This document shows positions 48,504 to 53,984 of a stretch of 53,984 nt of DNA, piece after piece (the stretch's first letter is position 1; the number at the start of each line of letters is the position of its first letter). The DNA comes from Bdellovibrionota bacterium (GTDB lineage Bacteria > Bdellovibrionota_C > UBA2361 > JBGSMV01). The stretch covers positions 1 through 53,984 of the forward strand of contig JBIKWF010000016.1 in the NCBI GenBank assembly GCA_044356455.1, written 5' to 3'. The notes below the pieces were generated by a model, which was not told the DNA's origin, did not search any database, and saw only the letters and a list, made by a program, of their open reading frames with translations. The position numbers and the translations under genes are program-made.

Positions 48504-49381
48504 AAAACAACCTCCCTTGCCATGTCAGAAGTGTTCCATATCCAGGAACCCACCTCTCCTCCAAAGAGCATTCTTGCACCATACTTTTGAAAAAGAGCCT
48601 GAGGCTCTATGCCTTTTACAATACATACCTTAGTGAAGGCATCAGCCAAAACGGCGTGGGGAGCAATCACGGACACAGAACACACATCTTTCACCTTGCT
48701 TTGAGAGCCAGGGTCTACGAAAGGAGATTCGAGTGCATCAGGGAGCACTGCTGAGGTAGCGCAGGCTTCATTGCCAAGGTAGAAAACCTGACTCAGCACT
48801 CCAGGGGAAAAGGGATGCCGCACCTGGAAGGGAAATTTTCTAGTTCCCCGCGCGCGCATATCCCCGCCTGCGTTCACTAAAGCTGAGGAAACGCCGGCAG
48901 CAATCAAACCTTCGAGAGCCACATCAACCGCATAGCCTTTGGCAATGCCTGCTAAATCTACTACTGCAGGTCCGAGCTTTCTTACCACTCCAGGCTCAAG
49001 AATGCAGATGTTCCGCACACTGCTCACCTCTTGGTTCTGCGAATAAGATGCGCGGGAATCTGAAGCTCTCACTCCAGGATCAAATGCTCCCTCGCTTTCT
49101 TCATGGAGCCGCAGGGCAAGTTCAAGAACTGTCGTCAAGCGAGGGTGAGTTCTCACTACCTCCCCAACCTCAGCATTGTTCAGCCGATGCAGATCGCTCG
49201 TTACCGAGTGGAAATTCATGACTTCATGGACCTGCAAGACGCGCGTATAGGCATCATTGACTGCCGCATGAAGTTCTGAAGTCGAGCTTAAACCTTCAGC
49301 TTCTATGCTTACCACGGTACCGAGCAGCGGTTTGGCGCGCTTCACCTGCGGCGCTATGTCGCTATGGATAGAGCACATCAA
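48500..49381 (-). CDS. apbE: FAD:protein FMN transferase (ApbE family)
   Basis: LLGTVVSI, SEGAFDP, DLAGIAKGYAVD, VNAGGDM, ATS, ADAFTK. Confidence 0.92.
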   Translation of the reverse strand: MMCSIHSDIAPQVKRAKPLLGTVVSIEAEGLSSTSELHAAVNDAYTRVLQVHEVMNFHSVTSDLHRLNNAEVGEVVRTHPRLTTVLELALRLHEESEGAFDPGVRASDSRASYSQNQEVSSVRNICILEPGVVRKLGPAVVDLAGIAKGYAVDVALEGLIAAGVSSALVNAGGDMRARGTRKFPFQVRHPFSPGVLSQVFYLGNEACATSAVLPDALESPFVDPGSQSKVKDVCSVSVIAPHAVLADAFTKVCIVKGIEPQALFQKYGARMLFGGEVGSWIWNTSDMAREVVL

Positions 49382-49916
49382 GCATCGCCAAAACTCTGCG
49401 AACTCCCTCGGTCACATGCAGACTCGAATAAGTCGCTCCAGAAATATTAGGGATATCCTTCCTAAGCTTGAGAGAATCTTTTGAGGTCTTCCCCACAAAA
49501 TTCTCTCTCCACGCAGAGTCTCTAATCTCAGCTCCGTAATTCTCCCGGTATTCGAGAATCTCGATTTGCTTAACTTTTCGCTCTGGCGAAATGGCAACTA
49601 CGTAATCAATAAGTAAATGCTTACCAATCACTTGATCGAACACGAGGAATCCCTGCTCTTCCGTATGGTGAAATACTCGCCACATTTTGACGTGCTCATT
49701 TTTCACGGGCACATCAGACGCGAGTTCGATGCTGTCTCTTTGATTTTCGGAAAGACTGAGTTCCAGAGGCTCAAAGCGCGTTGCCTCTGGAAAGCAGAGT
49801 TGCTGGGCCTCTTCAATACTAAGGTATTTTTGGGCATAACTCTCTGTCACCCAAACTATGGGAGCCAGCGGCAAGAACGAACACACCCCCAGTAACGCAG
49901 CAGATCTCTTATTCAC
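49362..49916 (-). CDS. Extracytoplasmic FMN-binding protein
   Basis: Signal peptide; IEILEYRENYG; flavinylation motif NISGATYSS. Confidence 0.9.
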   Translation of the reverse strand: MNKRSAALLGVCSFLPLAPIVWVTESYAQKYLSIEEAQQLCFPEATRFEPLELSLSENQRDSIELASDVPVKNEHVKMWRVFHHTEEQGFLVFDQVIGKHLLIDYVVAISPERKVKQIEILEYRENYGAEIRDSAWRENFVGKTSKDSLKLRKDIPNISGATYSSLHVTEGVRRVLAMLDVLYP

Positions 49917-50059
49917 AAATTCATCTTACGCATCTGCAAATCTTTTCAGTTTTACTCACCTATTTCAATCGCATGTTTGACATGCCAAGCAAAAAAGATA
50001 CATAGACCACTTGCGCATGGCGAACCATTCTTAACCATGCCTTGACTGTGTAAATAACC

Positions 50060-50890
50060 ATGTATAATCAAATGCTTACAAAAACCACCCGCCTTTTGGC
50101 ACTCCCGATTATCGCGCTCTCACTGTTTTCAGCTCCTCAAGCCAAGGCTGACGAACGCTACTTTAGCTACGTCTACGAAGCCGATGTTATGGCCGAGGGC
50201 AAATGGGAATTTGAACAATGGGTAACCCACCAAAACGGAAGAGAGGAAGGCGACTATGCCGCCTGGAACTTGCGATCAGAAATTGAGTATGGACTAACCC
50301 CATTCCTCACCACCGCCCTCTACCTAAACTGGGATTCTGTCCGCAGCGAGAATATGCCCGGTAAAGAAGACACTCAAGAAACAGACTTTAAGGGCGTTTC
50401 TTCCGAGTGGACCTACCAGCTTTTAAATCCAGTCCTTGACCCTGTAGGCCTCGCACTCTACGGCGAACTCACCTCGGACGGAATCGACTACGAAGCTGAA
50501 GGTAAAATCCTGCTTAGCAAAGCCTTCCGAGACTTCGTGGTTGCTGCAAACGCAGTCTATGAGGCTGAATGGGAACGCGAAGATGGGAAAACGGAGCGTG
50601 AAGCGACTTTGCAGCTTCTCGCCGGCGTCGCGTACAAGCTCTCGCCCCAGTGGTCGGTCGGAATTGAGGCTCGCAATAAGTCTGCGTACCCAGATGGCCT
50701 CAATCTAAGCGGCCAAGAGTTCCAAACATGGAACGTGGGCCCAAACGTCCATTATGGCTCTCCAAAGTGGTGGGCAACATTCACTGTGCTTCCTCAAGTA
50801 TGGGGCAATGGAGATGGAAGCCGTGGAGGACGTAATTTAGAGCACGAGGAGCAAGTCGAGGTTCGATTGTTGGTTGGAATTCATCTCTAG
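50060..50890 (+). CDS. Outer-membrane beta-barrel-like protein (DUF6662-like)
   Basis: Signal peptide; alternating beta strands (EIEYGLT, GLALYGE); C-terminal VRLLVGIHL; divergent from the FMN module. Confidence 0.7.
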   Translation: MYNQMLTKTTRLLALPIIALSLFSAPQAKADERYFSYVYEADVMAEGKWEFEQWVTHQNGREEGDYAAWNLRSEIEYGLTPFLTTALYLNWDSVRSENMPGKEDTQETDFKGVSSEWTYQLLNPVLDPVGLALYGELTSDGIDYEAEGKILLSKAFRDFVVAANAVYEAEWEREDGKTEREATLQLLAGVAYKLSPQWSVGIEARNKSAYPDGLNLSGQEFQTWNVGPNVHYGSPKWWATFTVLPQVWGNGDGSRGGRNLEHEEQVEVRLLVGIHL

Positions 50891-51047
50891 CCACCGTCCC
50901 GGCTCATCACTCGTTCGAAGCAACTACCGAACGAGAGGAGATGAGCGGGGCTCAATTTTACGTAGCAACTTGCGACTCCTTTCTTCGGACAAAGAGCACA
51001 GACGATCTACAGCGGCCTATCTTTAGTTTTCGAACACAGCACCAAAG

Positions 51048-51165
51048 GGAGTCTCTGAAAAACCTTGCTATCTTGTTTTTTCTCTCTGCGTCCTCTGTGG
51101 TTTTTCAACAATTCAAATCAACCACAGGGCACAGAGTTCACAGAGTGGACTTTTTCAGGGGTTCC
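51048..51165. mobile_element. MITE family A copy (118 bp)
   Basis: GGAGTCTCTGAAAAA ... TTTTTCAGGGGTTCC|CTAG; core cctctgtggtttttcaacaattcaaatcaaccacag nearly identical to the 25163 copy. Confidence 0.7.
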
Positions 51166-51488
51166 CTAGAGATCGAGTAGTGGTCGCCTACCCCGCTCAA
51201 AAATCACCTCAAGCCGAGTCCGTGCGCGAGAAGCCCTTTTCGACCTCAAGAGCACGAGCCACCATGTCGCTGATGCGCATAAAACGCATCCAAAAGACAC
51301 AGCCGTCACCTCAGGCAGAATAAGAAATAAGACTGCCAGTTCATATTGTTACGCGAGCCATATCGCCCAAAGCTTGCTTAGTAAGTCTTTCACGGCTACC
51401 ATTAAAATGTGTTTTAAACACATATTTATGTTTTGGTGAGGTCTCGATTCCCGGGTTCTTCTCCAAACACAAAGAACGTGGAGGATGT

Positions 51489-52172
51489 ATGAAAACGAGC
51501 ACACTTAAGGTTCTACTCAAGTTAAAAAAATTGGCGGTTATCGGCGCAGCACTTACCCTGAGCGCATCCCCCAACTTCGCAAGCGCGCAGGATAAGGGTG
51601 CCTTCAATCGCTTTAGGGGATGTCCGGGAGACATCACCGCCGACGGCGTCGTTGACAGGCTAGATATTGACGCCATCACCTACACCTCGAGCAACGTTAT
51701 GGCGCTCGATGTGAACCGCGACATGCTGTTATCTTCAAGAGATAAGCGAGCCGTTGCAGGACTACGCGGGCAGTGCGCAGCGAGAGCTGATTTCAACGCT
51801 GATGGAAGAGTTGATGGCGTCGACCTGGCTCTTCTTCTTGGCGGCTTTGGTTCAGTCACCGAAGGCACTGCGGCCTACGATCTGTCCGGCGATGGACTCA
51901 TCGACCAAGTCGACACGGATATTCTTCAAGCGAGCTGGGGAACCCTGAGCGTTCTAAGACCAAAGAGTCTTGACCTCAACCGGGATGGGCGCATCGACAA
52001 CTGCGACGCAATGACTGCGCATCCTACCTTTGGGATTACAACCGCCCGAGGAGATGTGAACAAAGATGGCGTCAGGGATTTTGACGACTACAATTTGGTA
52101 ATTGGCTTTTTAAGCCGAGGCGCCAAAATTAAACCTGCGGAATGGCAAAAGGCCTGCCGGAAGGTGCGTTAA
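51489..52172 (+). CDS. Secreted protein with dockerin/EF-hand-like Ca-binding repeats
   Basis: Signal peptide; DITADGVVD, DVNRD, DFNADGRVDGVD, DLSGDGLIDQVD, DLNRDGRID, DVNKDGVRD. Confidence 0.82.
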   Translation: MKTSTLKVLLKLKKLAVIGAALTLSASPNFASAQDKGAFNRFRGCPGDITADGVVDRLDIDAITYTSSNVMALDVNRDMLLSSRDKRAVAGLRGQCAARADFNADGRVDGVDLALLLGGFGSVTEGTAAYDLSGDGLIDQVDTDILQASWGTLSVLRPKSLDLNRDGRIDNCDAMTAHPTFGITTARGDVNKDGVRDFDDYNLVIGFLSRGAKIKPAEWQKACRKVR

Positions 52173-52195
52173 GGCAATTTGATTCGCACGCGCTT

Positions 52196-52241
52196 GGCCG
52201 TGGTTGCTCTCCGCCCTAATTGGCTGAGAGTAATCACGGCC
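52196..52241 (+). terminator. Stem-loop downstream of the dockerin-like gene
   Basis: ggccgtggttgctctc ... gagagtaatcacggcc; no clear U-tract. Confidence 0.4.
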
Positions 52242-52338
52242 CTAAAGTGAAAGGTGCGACTTGATCTTGCAGCCAGTGTCCGAGGCTGTGTGAGCCACCG
52301 ATTGCAACGCTAAGGACGCTGAGTACGCGGAGGGCTAG

Positions 52339-52468
52339 GGACCCTCTGAAAAACCTCCAGTCTTAATACACCTCTGTGTACCTTCGTGTCCTCTGTGTTG
52401 AATTCCTTGATGAAAATTTCACCACAGAGGACGCAGAGGTACACAGAGGTAAGTTTTTAAGAGGTTCC
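52339..52468. mobile_element. MITE family A copy (130 bp) with CTAG on both sides
   Basis: CTAG|GGACCCTCTGAAAAA ... TTTTTAAGAGGTTCC|CTAG; internal acctctgtgtacct...aggtacacagaggt hairpin. Confidence 0.75.
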
Positions 52469-52496
52469 CTAGTTTTTTAGAGACGCCTTAGTTCCT

Positions 52497-53015
52497 TCAT
52501 TCATGCATAATTTCCCCCACAAACGCCTCCGCACCTTTGAGCTGTCCCGGGCTTAGAACCAAATCAGTTTGGACATGCACATAGTGAGCACCGCGATAAA
52601 CCATCCCCATGTACTCCGAGGTTCTCTTGATCAACTCCACCATCCCAGGCGCAATTTGTTTTTCGGTGCTCCCTGTTGCAAGGAGAAAAGTGCCCTTCCC
52701 TCGCAACATACTTCCTAAATCTTTCCTGGGACCAAGCAAATCACTTAAGCGATCAATGAAGGTCTTAAGCTGAGCACTCACCGTGTACCAGTACATCGGG
52801 CTTACAAAGCCGATATTTGAAACATCTCGAAGTGATTCAATCAGGGGAATGAAGTCATCACTAAGGTTTCTGGCTTCGTAATCAAAGTACGAGATATTCA
52901 ATTTGGCCAAATCAAAAAGAGGCGCTTTTGCTTTCGCATTAATATGATCGAGCACTCGGCGAGTGTTTCCGTCGCTGCGCGAGGTTCCGAGGATATAGGC
53001 TACTTTGTGCGGCAT
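52497..53015 (-). CDS. NAD(P)H-dependent FMN reductase/flavodoxin family protein
   Basis: ILGTSRSDGNT, FVSPMYWYTVSAQLKTFIDRL. Confidence 0.88.
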   Translation of the reverse strand: MPHKVAYILGTSRSDGNTRRVLDHINAKAKAPLFDLAKLNISYFDYEARNLSDDFIPLIESLRDVSNIGFVSPMYWYTVSAQLKTFIDRLSDLLGPRKDLGSMLRGKGTFLLATGSTEKQIAPGMVELIKRTSEYMGMVYRGAHYVHVQTDLVLSPGQLKGAEAFVGEIMHE

Positions 53016-53017
53016 AT

Positions 53018-53154
53018 GGGACTCTTGGGACACGCATTCTTCGAAATGTCGGAAGCATTCAGTGCCTTTACATTCTGGCTAAATAGCTGAAACTGCAAGG
53101 CTGGGGTTCTGTCTTCAATTTCCATACCTCAAAGAATTGGGTGTCCTGGGTCCC
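53018..53154. repeat. Segment bounded by GGGACAC/GTGTCC inverted motifs (related to 37623-37748)
   Basis: gggactcttgggacacgcattctt ... aagaattgggtgtcctgggtccc. Confidence 0.4.
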
Positions 53155-53984
53155 TTTCAGACCCCTCTAGATTCTCTCGCTGAGATGTCTCAGCACATCC
53201 CAAATATCCGCCTTCGCTAGACCAGCGCCGGAGAGGCAATAGTTCCGTTCACCAGGCCTCTTCCTGAGCCAGAGGGTTCAAAGCCGGGGTAGTTCCTTCC
53301 GTCCCTTTTTCTGCTCAATTTTCTCAGCCATACCAATAACTTACGAAAGCTTGGGGACGCCCTATTTGAGGTTTCGACCATCAATTTCGGCTCTCTTCGG
53401 TAACCTTTTTTATGAGGCGCAAATGCATCTAGATGTGTCGTTCTCGCCATAACCCCTTGGATTAATGTCGCCTAATGCGATGCGCCGGAATGACGCCAGA
53501 GAAATGCGGATAAGGGGACCAAAAAATCAGCCAGCCAAGCCGCAGGCGACCTGCTTTAAAGTCGTGCGCTCAGTTGCGCCAGAAACTTTGTTGTTGCCGG
53601 AGCTCACGTGATGCGTCACCAAGAGTCTCTGCTTATAGCCAAAAGTGGCCCTAGCCCTACTGGCCCCCTAGACTTTGATAAGGCGAACGTTCCTGCTCGT
53701 GCATCGGATGCCTCGTTATCAGCGAAGCTATTTCTTACTGCGGGATACAAAGAGGCATATTTAGACCCTTCACGCCCGGTCCTATGTCATGGCCTCCCAT
53801 GCCCTGAGCTGATTGGAACGAACGGAGTAACAAAAAGAACTTTTCCGCTCCCGAATGGGGAAAAGCTCGGGAGTGCGCGAGGAATCGGTCTCCCCCAACC
53901 ATCAAGCGACCCTCGTCTGCACTCCATTCGGTACAAAGAGGGCGAAGGATATTGGCTGTGTTTCTCTGCTGCCAACAAAGACGG

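Noticed and set aside
53217..53978. Short ORFs at the window end
   Set aside because: Short, no recognisable domain, and no supporting context within the window
1..53984. tRNA, rRNA, tmRNA, RNase P or SRP genes
   Set aside because: No diagnostic conserved sequences recognised by eye; a covariance-model scan would be needed to exclude them fully

Overview
Bacterial chromosomal window (~52-55% GC) whose gene content suggests a flagellated, deltaproteobacteria/Bdellovibrionota-like organism (inference). 1-10.4 kb is a minus-strand flagellar rod/ring/hook-junction cluster (unknown-flgF-flgG-flgA-flgH-flgI-flgJ-flgM-flgN, then flgK-flgL) with two sigma54-type promoters. Next come RidA, a NarL-type and a TetR regulator, then three tandem secreted proteins (16.2-19.7 kb), two with protease motifs, and a possible IS91-like relic. 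After these are a partial suf operon (sufC-sufD-Rieske-sufU), SCP2, a histidine phosphatase, a TPR protein, psd, a PRMT-like methyltransferase, an SGNH hydrolase and a type IV pilin. 33-46 kb is accessory: a large PD-(D/E)xK nuclease, a protein with near-identical 222-bp tandem repeats, an acs fragment joined to a decapitated gene, a Phd-VapC toxin-antitoxin pair, a ~280-nt highly structured candidate ncRNA, an isolated FliH/FliI(SctL/SctN)-like pair and a transglutaminase-like/TPR protein. The end holds an ApbE/FMN-binding flavinylation module, a dockerin/EF-hand-like protein and an FMN reductase. At least two MITE-like repeat families with CTAG-type flanks occupy intergenic spaces. All calls come from visual motif recognition; no database searches were run.
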